A stretch of DNA of 63,420 bases, filler included, from Octopus bimaculoides (GCF_001194135.2; 5 parts of 5 records of this genome joined end to end with filler, not necessarily neighbours in it), one strand, 5' to 3'. Numbered from the whole stretch's first letter, positions 1 through 13,446 are shown. The notes: generated by a model from the letters alone, not told the origin. A program made the numbers and translations.

Positions 1-494
1 ATTTTTGAATAGAACTTATTTTCGATAATTTCAATTGATTTTAATCGATTTAAATTTCTTTTCTATTTGAAAATTGGTTATGAAACACGTGTAATCTTTT
101 TATTATATTTATCTTATGATATTTACTTTACTTTATATTATACTCATTTATTGTGCTTTTAATTATTAATTTTTCTATATGTGATAGTGGATTTTCATCG
201 ATGAGTTCTTGAAAATTGGTTATTTTCCCTAAAACTATATATTTTATATATACTTTATCTATAAGGCTCAATTTAATTTTAATTTTTTATAAATTGATTT
301 TAATTGAGTTTTTTACCTGTAATTTTGGATTTTCTCCCTAATATTATTATATATATATATACACATAGTATATGTAAATATGTATATATGTGTGTGTATT
401 TAATGAGACGATTTATAAATTAATATATATACATATATATATGTATATACACTCACACACACACACGCACAAACACACACGTACATTAGCAAGC

Positions 495-760
495 AGGCAT
501 GGCTCCGTGGTAAGACGCTTGCTTCGCAACCACATCGTTTCGGATTCAATCCTACTACATGGCACTTTGGGCAAGTGTCTTCTACTATAGCTCCAGAATT
601 TGGTAGACGGAGACTGAAGGAAGCCCATCGTGTATATATACGTGTCTGCAGGTGTTTGTGTGGCTTTGTATTTGTGCTTGTCCCCATTACCGCTGGACAA
701 CCGTTGTTGTTTTGTATATGTCCCATGACACAGCAAAAGACACCGATGAAGTAAGTAGTT
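495..760 (+). mobile_element. tRNA-derived SINE, family B (GCATGGCT..GTGGTAAGA head), diverged copy
   Basis: Has the A/B-box-like head 'ggcatggctccgtggtaagacgcttgc...ttcggattcaatcc' and body 'ttgggcaagtgtcttctactatagc'. These are shared with copies at 10040, 13289, 33879 and (minus) 6752, 34210. Ends are approximate. Confidence 0.8.
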
Positions 761-2070
761 GGTTTAAAACATCGGTGAAATTACAGTATTTCTGACACTT
801 CAAGTTAGCTAAATCGTTTGATTTTTCGGTGACTACTCTCGACAGCAAATGCGTTTCTCCTCCAACAAATTCGAGGCCTCCAAAAAAGTACCACTCAATA
901 TGAAGCAGACCACCAAAGCCGACAAGCCACAATTCCTGTAGAGAACAACTAGAAGATGACCACAAATTATAGCTGGGAGGTGTTGAATCTCCACCGCAAT
1001 ACATTCAAGCACACACGCTTTTCCAGGATCTTTCAGATTCCAAATTACAACCAACATTTTCATCAAGCTTTTTCAATTAGGGGTGAAGCAGAATTGTAAC
1101 AACTGATAACCGAACTGGTATATTGTTTCTATATTAGTGTTACGCTCCCTGCATAGAACAGTGTCTTTGTTACAGTCTCCAGATCATCAAAGTGTTGGAT
1201 TCTCTACTATGCACCGCGTTTGTCAAATAGAACGAACTTGACGTTAATGTACAAGCAATATGCCGGATCGATTATAAAATGTATCACTTCTGCTTGAGCC
1301 CAAGTTCTCTACAACATACAGATATAAACAAAAGGACACGTGACAGCACAAACTGCATCATCTTGATGGAGTAGTAGTAATAGTAGTAGTAGTAACATTT
1401 AAGCACATGGCTAATAATAGATGAATTTGTCATCGTTAATGTGATTTCATAACAGTGTATAGTGATGGAAAATGTTAAGTGTATTCTATATTTTTCTAAG
1501 TTCAAGAAGATTATATATTTCCTCATGTGTATTATGAATGCATTAATATTTTGAGACTGTGATTTTTATTGCAACTTTCTCCATTTCCATATCCGTATCT
1601 AACAATACAGAGACGATACTGTCACTCAAGCAAGCATCCTAGAGCGCATTTAAAGAAAGAACATACCAGTGGTTCACAAATATGCTATCTCCTCCTTTTG
1701 TCTCTTCTACCCTTACTACAGTGGCCACTGCTCTTCAAACGTAACTTGTCTCATGCCACCACAGAAGTTGTGAATTTATTCCTTCTCAGAATAACGTCTC
1801 TGATATTCCCTCTTTATGTTTCTTTTTCTAATGATTTGTAGACACGTGGTATTTCGTTAAGCAACAATAATATACAATTAAGTATAATAAACATTTTTAT
1901 AAGTCAACACTGCATTCTATTGTGTTAGGAGTGCGCTTCTACATTACTTGTTAAGGTTATTTCTACAGATATTCTATAGAAACTATTGCCAGCACTAAAT
2001 TTTGCTACTACGTTTCGTATACGTGACGTCAGATCTAAACAAACAATGAGGTCGAAAATGGAAAATGGGT

Positions 2071-2125
2071 AATGGGCGTATATGCCATATTTTGTTGGGG
2101 TTTTGTTCCTTCATCAGCACCCATC
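2071..2125 (-). ncRNA. Degenerate type-I hammerhead ribozyme motif (left arm)
   Basis: Minus strand reads gatgggtg-CTGATGA-aggaacaaaaccccaac-AAAA-tat ggc ata-TA-cgcccatt. Helix I pairs over 8 bp (with G.U) and helix III tat/ata pairs, but G12 is mutated to A and stem II is eroded. Confidence 0.55.
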
Positions 2126-2519
2126 TAACTCATTAATCCTCCACGAACACATTGCTTAAATAACCACTATATATAGCAGTGTATAGTTATTGGATATACC
2201 TATTCTACATATTAAACGCATTCCTGGAAGCTGGTGCATAAATACTAATGACTTGTAGGGACGTGGTATTTCGTTAGCAACCATGATATATGGCATATAC
2301 GCTTATTACCCATTTTTCATTTTATAAAAACGTTTAATATACTTCATAGTATATTATAGTTGCATAACGAAATACCACGTACCTACAAATCATTAGTATT
2401 TACATACCAGCTTCCAGAAATTTGTTTAATATGTAAAATTAGTATATCCAATAACGTTACACCGCTATATATATATAATGGCTATTTAAGCAATGTGTTC
2501 GAGGATCGTTAATGGGTTA

Positions 2520-2580
2520 CATTGGTGCTGATGAACGAGTAAATCCCCACGAAATATCGCATATACGTCTATTACCCATT
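2520..2580 (+). ncRNA. Degenerate type-I hammerhead ribozyme motif (right arm)
   Basis: CTGATGA at 2528-2534 and GAAA at 2551-2554, then tat-cgc-ata-TA (AUA cleavage triplet). The 3' strand cgtctattacccatt partly pairs with aatgggttacattggtg. Stem II is eroded. Confidence 0.55.
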
Positions 2581-4597
2581 TTTCGTTTTCGATCTCATTG
2601 TTTGTTTATATCTAACGTCACGTAGCAAAAATTAGTGCTGGCTATAATTTCTATACAATATCTGTAGAGATAACCTTAAAAAATGATGTTTCTTTTTCTG
2701 TAGCTCTCAACTAAAGAAATATTAGCGACATTGATTTCATCGGTCTCGTAAGGCCAGTGAAAGTTATGACAATCCGTTTCCCAAATCCCACTTTCTTCCC
2801 ACAAATATATATCAAAATGCAGTTGCTGGCTGATTAATAGGTATAGTGAGTCAACCGAATTGTTAAAACTTGCAAAGTTAGGAGTTGTTAAATATGCAGT
2901 GAACATCATTTCATGATAACCAGTGTTGCCTGCACAATGGCAGGCTTGCCCTTTAATACTAGCTGCTTTGCCAATTATTTAGCATTAAGGCACTGGAATT
3001 TGGGAAAATATTGGGAAGAAGAGGTAATTACAATAATAAATTAAGGAAACGATAAGTTTATACCTTTGTGCAAAGTCACACATCTGCTGATAAAACACTA
3101 ACATAGCTGGTTTCATGAAAGAAGCAGGAGGCGTTTTGCTTATTTTTACAAGGGATGATGGTTTTAATAATAAATTCGTACGTTCTGGGTGAGAAAAGAA
3201 TATATGATTTCAAATTTGATGAGAATGATTATTCCTCTATTAGTTCATATATAAATGGTTATAGATTGCTGAAAGTGAATTGCGGATTACATGCTTTAAA
3301 AAATTCACTTAAATCCTTTAACATTCTGAATTCAAATCCCTTTCGAGTGAATAAAATGAATACCAGTCCAACATTGGGTTGATTTAATTTACAGTACAAA
3401 TTATTCTAAAATTTCCGTCTTTCTGTCTCTGACCGAAATTGGTGTTAAAAATGATAGGAAGGCGGGATCTCAGAAATAGCATAAAAGAAATTTAATGCTT
3501 TATATCTTTGGGACTTCATATGTTATGAGTTTGTATCCAAACCAGACTAAATTTTTTTATTTCGTCTGAGATTCTAGTTTCCATTAGAATGAGCAAATGT
3601 GTCATTGCACCAGTATTCAAAATAAATACCAGTATAACAATTCCCAAAATTGATATTATGAACTATATGAATTTATACAGAATGTTTTAGTAGTTGATGA
3701 GCGGCAGCATAATCCCGTGATTTCAAGTTTCAATTATTGTAACCGTTTGAGTTTAAAATTTTATATTGATACATTGACTGCAGTAAACAATTATCTATTA
3801 GGTCAGTTTCTGCAAATTTTATGAACCATTGTATTAAAGCAGCAGAAGAAGTGAAGACAGATATAAGAATTTTTGTTTATATTGTATGTAATCTTAACAG
3901 AAACGTTTTACAGAAGTGTCAGTTTTGATAATTTGATTTCATCGGTAGATGAAATGAGACAACATAATTCTAAATTAGTTGCTATAAAAAGCAGAAATAA
4001 ATTTCGAGATCAAGATTAACATTTTCGATAATAAATAGGATAGAATAATCCTTCAAATTCTCCTGGGATGTGGACTTAAAGCAAGAATTTACTGCAGTTT
4101 AGACAAACTGGGAGCAAATGATAGAGGTGAGGAGATATTTTTGACTAATGATGAAACAAAATATTTGCAGATGATTTAAAACTTCAAAATGCAAAAAAAA
4201 AAAAAAAAAAAATTTGCTTAATTCTTTGATATATTGTCACCGAAAATGCGAGAAATCGAATATACTGAATGCAGACACAGTCGATAAATTTATTGAGAAG
4301 TATAAAGTCATTCTTTACCACCAAGGCAAAAAAAAAAAAAATGTGAGAATATACTCTTTTCTTCAAAAATGATAAATCTTCACGGGAATTTAATTATTTC
4401 TATTTCCCATGGTACAGGAAGCCTTTATTCTTCCTCAACAGTAATCGTTAAACATAACGATTCCTATTAAACACAGTTTGCTTAGTAACTGTGTTCATTT
4501 GTTACACACTTCAATCAATTTCCTTTTCAATCAGAAAGGTTTCATTTCTGAAGCGCAAATTATTTGAATATGGAATACACAAAAAATGTGTGCGCGC

Positions 4598-4628
<31 letters not shown>

Positions 4629-4868
4629 TGTTGCGTGTGTAATTTTTGTATTTGTTTCCAAGATTCTTGTTGTAATATCGTGTGCTAAAATATTTGTTAC
4701 GTCCTTGGGATTATTTGTTACAGAGTCTTTCCGTCGCCTTTTGCAATCTATACTATAATGGGGGAAAGCTGCTTATTTAATAGGTGTGTAACAATTACTA
4801 AAAGTACTAAAAGAAAGCGATTATTAAAGGGTTGACCGTCTGCAGCACTAAACCAATATATACACAAA

Positions 4869-5075
4869 GGCGGCGGGCTGGCAGAAACGCTAGCACTCCG
4901 GGTGAAATGCTTAGCTATCTGTCTTTACGTTCTGAGTTCAAATTCCGCCGAGGTTGACTTTGCCTTTCATCCTTTCGGGGTCGATAGATTAAGTACCAGT
5001 TGCGTCCTGAGAGCGATCTAATCGACTGGCCTCCTCCCCCAAAATTTCGGGCCTTGTGCGTAGAGTAGAAAAGAA
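4869..5075 (+). mobile_element. tRNA-derived SINE, family A (GGCGGCGAGCTGGCAGAA head)
   Basis: Head 'ggcggcgggctggcagaaacgctagcac...ttctgagttcaaattccgccgagg' and body 'gactttgcctttcatcctttcggggtcgat'. At least 8 related copies occur in the window. Confidence 0.85.
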
Positions 5076-5164
5076 TATATACACAAACAGGCTGCACAAG
5101 CTTCTTCAACAGTGACACACTCGCGCACACAGATACACATATAAACAAATGAAAGACAATGTGC

Positions 5165-5209
<45 letters not shown>

Positions 5210-5317
5210 GTTTTCGTGCTGCATTACTTTTGCGAAGTTTTGTCAGTGAATGGGTCGCGGTTTCAAAGCATTGAAAATATTTTGGCACAAATGAAATTTT
5301 AATGTTGAAGGGAAACT

Positions 5318-5510
5318 GGTACTACTTAAATACAGAGGTACTACTTAAATACAGGTGTTACGTACAAAACATTTTAATGTATGCTATGTGGATGTGTAAT
5401 GACACCTTAACCCTAACCCTAACTAACCCTAAAAACTAACCCTAAAACTAACCCTTCCGTTCATGTCGTTACGTAGATGCATGAGGGCCTCTATATTTAA
5501 GTAATGCCCT
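5318..5510. mobile_element. Small TIR-bounded (MITE-like) element with internal (TAACCC)-like repeats
   Basis: ggtactacttaaatacagagg (5318-5338) is the near reverse complement of cctctatatttaagtaatgccc (5488-5509). Both sides are flanked by GAAACT (5312-5317, 5511-5516). Confidence 0.6.
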
Positions 5511-6351
5511 GAAACTAACGGTTTCTGTGTGTTCTTGAATGGCTAACAAACATCTACTCTGCAATTGGTTTTTGTCTCAGCACACGACCTCAGATCAAGT
5601 TACTTTTAAAATCACTGTGGATAAATGCCAGCAATGACCTTCTCAGGCTCTCCATTATTTTAATTTCTAAACATAAACAATCGGGGACAAGGAGTGGGGT
5701 TGCGAAAAATTCATAATTTCTCAAATTTTCTTTTTTATAGCATATAAATGTATTTATGGGGAAAAATATTGAAAAACATCAATACATGCGAGAATGATAA
5801 AGAAACGAGGAAGGTTGTCATTGGATTTGCTAGAAAGAACAGCCAAATTGCCCTTAAATTACTCACTTTTCCCTCTGAAAATATTAACAATTTAAGAAAA
5901 AAAAAATTACTGAAAATGCTCTTCGCATGGTTTTGAAGTGCAAAAAAAAAAATTGACCAAAGATCACACGCGCACGCGCGCGCGCACGTACACACACACA
6001 CATATATGCAAGCGTTCTCAGACACACTCATTCACATCCCACCACGCTGATACAAACAGACATACCTGCGCATCATATCAATAGATGAACACATACACAA
6101 GTACTTTCACTAACATATCTACATATATCTTTTTACCTACAGATACGCATGTCCACGTACACACACTCATACGTCATACATATATATATGTGTGAATACA
6201 ATACATTTCCTAATATATATGCATATATAAGTGCATGTGTATATATGTATGTATATGTAGTACTTGTATGTATGGATACGTACCAAATCCATTTTCCGTT
6301 TTCCTCATCAGTTATATATATATATATATATATATATATATNNNNNNNNNN

Positions 6352-6391
<40 letters not shown>

Positions 6392-6751
6392 ATTTCAGAA
6401 TGGAATTTATGATTATTTAATACATCACTACGCGCGTTTCCACAAGTCATATGACTTTAACGTCAGAGTCCATATACTTCGGATGAGTACAGTATAGTCC
6501 GTATTATTCTGGGCCATCCGGTTGATCATCATCATTGATTCATTTCAGCAGGTGATACTGCATTAGTGGATGTATCACAGAGGGGTGTTTATCCCTTCTT
6601 GCCAGTATGAAGACCAATCTAGCTATGTGGGTATTTCGTCGGTATAACCATGGTGCAGCCCCGAAAAACTGACTCACTGGTCAGTATCATTAGACGGTAG
6701 CCGGCATAATGAAATAGGAGCTTTATTTGCATCCCCGTAACGTTACCATAA

Positions 6752-6985
6752 ACGAATTTAATATATATATTCTTTTCTTTTATTCTTTTACTTGTTTCAG
6801 TCATTTGACTACAGCCATGCTGGAGCACTCCCTTAAAGGTTTTTAGTAGAATAAATCGACCCAGGCCTTATTCTTTTTAAAGCCTAGTACTTATTCTATC
6901 GGTCTTTTGCCGAACTACTAAGTTAAGGGGATGTAAAAACATTAACACCGATTGTCAAGCGGTGATGGCGTACAAAAATAGGCAC
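6752..6985 (-). mobile_element. SINE family B, 3' half, running into a gap
   Basis: Reverse complement of the family B tail: 'ttcttttacttgtttcagtcatttgact..gccatgctggagcac...ttattctatcggtcttttgccgaac'. Confidence 0.8.
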
Positions 6986-7298
6986 NNNNNNNNNNNNNNN
7001 NNNNNNNNNNNNNNNNNNNNNNNNNNNNNTTAATTAATTAANNNNNNNNNNNNNNNNNNNNNNNNNNNNNNNNNNNNNNNNNNNNTGTGTGTGTGTGTGT
7101 ATGAGTGTATAGAAAGAGTGTGTGTGTGTGTGTGTTTATACATCTATACGTGTCTGCCATACTAAATATTTTCCTCCGATAAGTTTAAGATCTTATATTT
7201 TAAAATCATCATAAAATTTGTTTTCTGCACATACATATACATATGGATATACAAAAACATACACGTACGCACACACACGTGTATGTTCACTCAGATAT

Positions 7299-7330
<32 letters not shown>

Positions 7331-7382
7331 GTCGGTATGCACATACCTGTACGTATATATGCATATACTCATTTACTATTTG

Positions 7383-7413
<31 letters not shown>

Positions 7414-7535
7414 CGTAAACGTACAGAAATATGAAGATAATATGTCAATGTATATGTTTATATACAAATATCCGTATGTTTGTAGGTGTATGCCGATGTA
7501 TGCGTATGGTATATATGTATGTATATGTATATATA

Positions 7536-7614
<79 letters not shown>

Positions 7615-8120
7615 GCCTGAACGCCAAATGTCAAGCGATGACTTCAAACAGTTTGATGGTGTCTAATTCTTTCACCCATATATCTCACTTTCACTTTCAT
7701 TCTCTCCTCTGTCTCTCCCCCTCTCGCTCTCCACTTTCAATCTGCCACATTCTCTCTCACATTCCCTAATCTTTCTTTCTCGCACAATCTCTCCCACCTA
7801 CCCTTCCTCCTCCTCCTCCTCCTCACTTCTCTTCTACGATTTCACACGATTCATTTCTTCATCGTTAAACGACGTTACTGTTGCTCTTCGTTTTCCTCAT
7901 CTCTCCCCTTTCGATGTTGATTGCTATTTTGTTTTGCTTTAGCGCATTTCAACCAATTAACATACGTCATTGCAATGACGTATGTTCTACATATGACATT
8001 GCTGGTTTATGTCGGTCACAGATCAAAGGAATGCTTAGCGATCCCTGTCGACATGACGCTATACATATGTGCTTCGCTATGTTATATTTAATATTTATCT
8101 ATACATAAATATTATGAAGG

Positions 8121-8167
<47 letters not shown>

Positions 8168-8890
8168 AACACACATACAACAAACATACACACGTTATTT
8201 CCTTTTTTCTCTTAGTTTCCTGTCTCTCCCCATATGTGTATGCGTTCATGTTTATACATATACAAATACTTATTCATACCTCTATGTATACATATGTGCA
8301 TACATATCCATGTATGAATGTATATTTATACATACATATAGTTGTGCACGCGTGTGTGACTGTGTGCGTATGTATGTATGTATAGCCTAACCCATATTTT
8401 TACCTTCCATATCACATTGTGTGATAATAACAAATATTTGATGCTATACTATGCAATATATAGGAAAAATCTTATTATGAAGTACAAGGTAACACGATCT
8501 AATAAAAAAAAATTATATTGAAACACTACTTCCATCCAGTTATTCTACTGATTTTTATGAATATACGTGATTTATGGACCTGTTATAAGTATATATGTAC
8601 GCATATGTGTGTGTGTGTGTGTGTGTATGAGTGTAGACAAACATGAAAATGCATACGTAATGGTATTATCGGCGAGTATAGTGTTTTTACACTCATACAA
8701 AAGCCACAAATGCAGAGTGTGTGCGTACGCATACATGTATATATGTACGTACGTATGTGTGTGTTTGTATACAGACATACCCCTGTATATATATATATAT
8801 ATATATNNNNNNNNNNTATAATATTTTACATATACTTATATACTTATACAATATTTTATAATACTTTCATATCTATATATTATATTATTT

Positions 8891-9070
8891 AACACATCTA
8901 CGACCTTGTTGAATTATTTTATATAGCACATCTATGACCGTGTTATATTTATTATATAACACGTTTACAACTATTTAGTATTATTTAATACAGCACAACT
9001 ATGACCGCGTTGTATTATTTAACATAACACATTAACGACTGTGCAGCATTATATAACACAGATATTGACC
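8891..9070. repeat. Degenerate ~34-bp minisatellite, 5-6 units
   Basis: Units start aacacatctacgacc / agcacatctatgacc / aacacgtttacaact / agcacaactatgacc / aacacattaacgact. Confidence 0.65.
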
Positions 9071-9716
9071 TAATAGCCAAAGGATTCGATTCATTGGTCT
9101 CGTTGTCAATCAAAATAATTATTTCTTTAATAATTACCATGTTTTTCTTAAATTTTTTCTTTCACTTTAAACATAAAACAATCCAGTGTTGACTATAAAA
9201 TTCAATTCATTAGCACCCAATGTTTCGATCAAATTAAGCGTTTCTCCATACAATACGACATTGGAAGTTCGAACAAAACAAATGATCGTAAAAATCAGTA
9301 TTAATTGAAAGTGTTTAAAATATTTTTTATCGTAATTACAGAGAGGCTGTAATCGATTTTATTCGTTTAGCTTGCTTTTTCTCTTTGTTTCCATTTTAAT
9401 TTTAATTTTGGCAGCCATTCATTCGAATCAACTGTATTACGATATATTATTAAAAGAGCTGTATAAATTTATAATATAGCAATGTGAGCATGCATTTATC
9501 TGCATGTGTGTGTATGTGTGTGTGCGAGAGTGTGTGTGTTAGAGTGTGTGCGTTAGAGTGTGTGTGTATGTATGTGTGAAAGAGTGTGTGTATGTGTGTG
9601 AGAGAGTGTGTGTAAGAGCTGTGTGTGTGTATGTTTGTGTGTGTGTGTGTGTTAGTGTGTGTGTATGTTAGTGTGTGTGTGTGTGTTAGTGTGTGTATGA
9701 TGAGAGGGAGACAGAC

Positions 9717-9749
<33 letters not shown>

Positions 9750-10039
9750 CATAAATGAATCAATACCTCCAGCATCATCATGTCGTAGCTATGGTTAGAA
9801 TTACTGAATGTCACACACATTCACATGGGAAATGTTGACTCATAACAAATAACTGAACAGTTGATAAACATATACATACAGTGTAACATCACATATGAAA
9901 TATAGGGAGAAGAAAAACTTCGATTAATTGAGATTATTCATAGATTTAGTAGACAAAAATTCTCTCTGGGAGTATAACTAAAAAAAAACTAAAAGGAAGA
10001 GAAATAACTCTACTCTAACAGAATCACGTGATCGAAATT

Positions 10040-10207
10040 TTGTGGTAAGTAGCTTGCTTACAAACTACATGATTCCGGGTTCAGTCCTACTGCGTGGCAC
10101 CTTGTGCTAGTGTCTTCTATATCCTCGGGCCGACCAAAGCCTTGTGAGTGGATTTAGTCGACGGAAACTGAAAGAAGCCCGTCGTATATATGTATGTATG
10201 TATGTAA

Positions 10208-10247
<40 letters not shown>

Positions 10248-10440
10248 ACCCCCAACATCGCTTGACAACTGATGCTGGTTTGTTTACGTCTCCGTAACAT
10301 AGCGGTTCGGCAATAAAGCGAACGATAGAATAAGTACTAGGCTTACAAGGAATAAGTCCTGGGGTCGATTTGCTCGACTAAAGGAGGTGTTCCAGCATGA
10401 CCGCTGTCAAATAACTGAAACAAGTAAAAGAATAATAGAA
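10040..10440 (+). mobile_element. SINE family B, near full length with internal (GT)n
   Basis: Head 'gtggtaagtagcttgctt...ccgggttcagtcctactgcgtggcacc', central (TA)/(GT) microsatellite, and tail 'gactgaaacaagtaaaagaata'. Confidence 0.85.
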
Positions 10441-11553
10441 TGTGGGAAACATTGCATCACACATAATACAAAACCTCATTAAAATACAAATCCAGAGCCG
10501 AAGAAAACACAAACATCGGTGAAAAAAGAAAGAAGAGGTAAAAGAGGAAGAAAAACAAAGAAAAAACATCAATCCAACACTAAGTGCTTCAATTATCCGC
10601 ACATCACAAGATTCAATGGAACCTACTGAAACAAGACAACTCGTTCGTGGCATTACCACAGCCGACGACGAAGCTAAGGCGTTTTAACAGCCAAGCACCC
10701 TCGTGGGCACCACCTGACACCTCAGTAAGGTGAGCCGCCAACAATGACAAGAACCTCGCTCGTGTTTGTGCTTCTTCCATTTGGATTTGGACTTTAATGC
10801 GGTTTCGTATCATATATGAAGGATATACATACGTGTTATATATGGAAGTATTAAATTATCTAAACAAATAGAAGATAAGTGCGTTTTTTAAGATACGATA
10901 CTACCGACGTTTTTGGAAAATTGCAGCTAACTTTGACATTGTTTCAGTTAAAAACATTATTGTACTTCTGAGTATATGGAAAGAATGTATTAACTCATTC
11001 TAAGAAGCTTGTGAGACAGCTTTTTGCTATTTTCTGCCTTAAATACTTATAACACTGGCTTAACTATCAATCTGGCTAAATACCTTGCCGCATAAATATC
11101 TGATGTTAACTTTCTAACGATCCATGCTCTAAGTAAGTTAGCAATAACTTAATTGCCTCTTTAACTGCCATGAAACAAAATTATTTTTTGTTAGCCATTT
11201 AACGACACGATAAGATTGACTTAACCTGATATGCATCGATTACATACAAAATCAAACTTTCGCCATAGATGCCCCGTTTTGGACGATAGAAAATTGGATA
11301 CTAGTAAGTTTATTCCTATAACATGGATATTAAAGAGGCTAAAGGGAAGTAATCTGGCTTCAACAATACATGTGTTATCGCGACAGAATGTCGGTTTTCC
11401 AGTAGCATATGTTCTGATTTAATAGTAAATCCTACAGTTTCACAGGAATATTATGCATATACGCCACTATAAACTTTCACACAAGTACAAACACACTCAT
11501 GTAACTCATATATCTGAATGTGTAAGTGCACGTGCATGTGCCTTTAAATAAGC

Positions 11554-11602
<49 letters not shown>

Positions 11603-13288
11603 TATAAGCATATATGTATGCATACACATGTATACAGATATATATAAATACATATCCACATATATACATACACACACAAAAATACATATATATATATACA
11701 CACGTATGCATGTATGTATGTATGTATGTGTGCATGTATGTATGTATGCATGCATGCAAAGAGAGCCATTTTTGCTTAAGCTTCCGACATGAAATTTGAT
11801 TTAGCTCCTATAAATTTAATAGTCAAGCGAAGCCCCACATTTAATAATCTAACATTTGTCGTTCAGATTGGATTATTGTCCTGAGATATTTCCATATATT
11901 GAAAGAAAGAAAGAATGGAAAGAAAGAAAGAAAGAAAGAACGAAATGAGAGGAGAGGAATCGCACACAGCGGAGAAATAGAAATGAGAAAGAGGAAGAGG
12001 AGGGAGTCAAATAGAAGAAAGAACGGACGAAAGGAAATAAATGTTTGAGAAAGAGGGGAGATAAAGAAAGGAATGAGGGAGAAAAAAGAAGTCAAGAAGT
12101 GTGGAAGAAAAGAAGAAAGGAAGCCAGTAAGATAGAAGAAAAAAATGTCTAAATATTTGAAATCAGCCACGAGATGGCGTGTAGGTATGGATGTTCAAGA
12201 AGGATTTTGAAGCAAATATAGACGAGATGGGTATCACAAATATTTTGCTGCTGTTTTTTTTTTTGTTAACCTTAGTCCAGACCTGATCTGACAGATTTAT
12301 GATACGAGGCATTCCAGTCGTGACCACCTCGCCTGTTATGTGTCTCTACTACTTCTGAAAACATTGTGTCGGGGTATTTTTCGTAACTGCAAAGTATCTT
12401 CTAGAGGGAGATTTGGTCGCTATTTCTTACACAAAGTGAAAAACGTTGAGATAACTTCATTGATGTGCCATTGGAAATTTGATTCGTTTTGCTGTTCTTG
12501 TTTAGCCTCTGGTTTGCCTTGATCTGGCAGAGCACGACTAAAAGCGTTATAGCCATGACCATCATGTCTTTTTAAGGAAAAATATGAAAACCATTATCCA
12601 GAGTGTCCTTCCTTTATTTCTTTCCTCGGGACTATAAGATTTTCAAGCAGACAAGTTGAGCCAGTAATGCGTATGCTCTGTTACCACGTGGGTATAAGGT
12701 GCAACAGTGTGGTACATGTTATTGCTTATTCTAGACCATCAAATATTTCGGTCATCACTAGTTTGTCTGTGGCTGTTATTTCTAGATGTCAGCGCTTCGT
12801 AGAGGTTATCTCCTTTGGCTTGTTGTAACGGAGAGAGAACATTGATAGTGTTCGTGGCGGCGGCGGCGGCGGTGGTGGTAGAGACGGTGATCGCGGTATA
12901 GGTGTTGATGTTATTGGTGATGCTAGCTGTTGGACGGTTGTGATGGCTGTGGTAGTGATAGTATATCTCATGGCTGGTGGAGGCGCCGATGATATTGCTA
13001 GTATTGCCGATGGTGGTTGTGACAGAGGGTGTATTAGCAGTGGTCGTTATCGTGGTAGTGGTTGTTGTGATGTTCCTGCTGATGGTAATTGTGATGGTTG
13101 TGGTGATAAAGTTGCTGATGTTGGTTATGTCTAATATAATATACGTTGTCGACGTTTCGAGCCTACGCTCTTCAGTAACACACACACGCACACACAAATA
13201 TATATATGGGTGCTCTAGTATGGCCGCAGCCAATGGTTTGAAACGCATAACAGAATAATATAATATACTGTGTGTGTGTGTGTATATA

Positions 13289-13446
13289 CAGGTGTGGCTG
13301 TGTAGTAAGAAGCTTGTTTCCCAACCACATGGCACCATGGTTCCGTGCCTCACTGTGTGACACATTGGGCAAGTGTCTTCTACTATAGCAGACCAAAACC
13401 TTTTGAGTGGATTTGGTACACGGAAACCGAAAGAAACCTATCGCGC

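Larger units (their letters stand above)
1951..2679. repeat. Long imperfect inverted repeat (arms ~1951-2281 and ~2359-2679), probably derived from a Penelope-like pseudo-LTR
   Basis: The arms are reverse complements, e.g. ttaaggttatttctacagatatt / aatatctgtagagataaccttaa and cctggaagctggtg..aatactaatgacttgtagg / cctacaaatcattagtatt..accagcttccag. Each arm contains a hammerhead-like core. Confidence 0.9.

Noticed and set aside
2690-4212. Repeat-free AT-rich stretch with a 75-aa ORF containing NCGLHALKNSL (Josephin-like Cys motif) and ending in an A-run
   Set aside because: Stops occur about every 20 codons as expected by chance, and a single short motif is not enough. tBLASTx would be needed to show a decayed retrocopy or viral insert.
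7030-7041. TTAATTAATTAA islands inside N-runs (also ~34550, ~44904, ~61080)
   Set aside because: An identical 12-mer with stops in all six frames, always centred between N-runs, is a scaffolding linker rather than biology.
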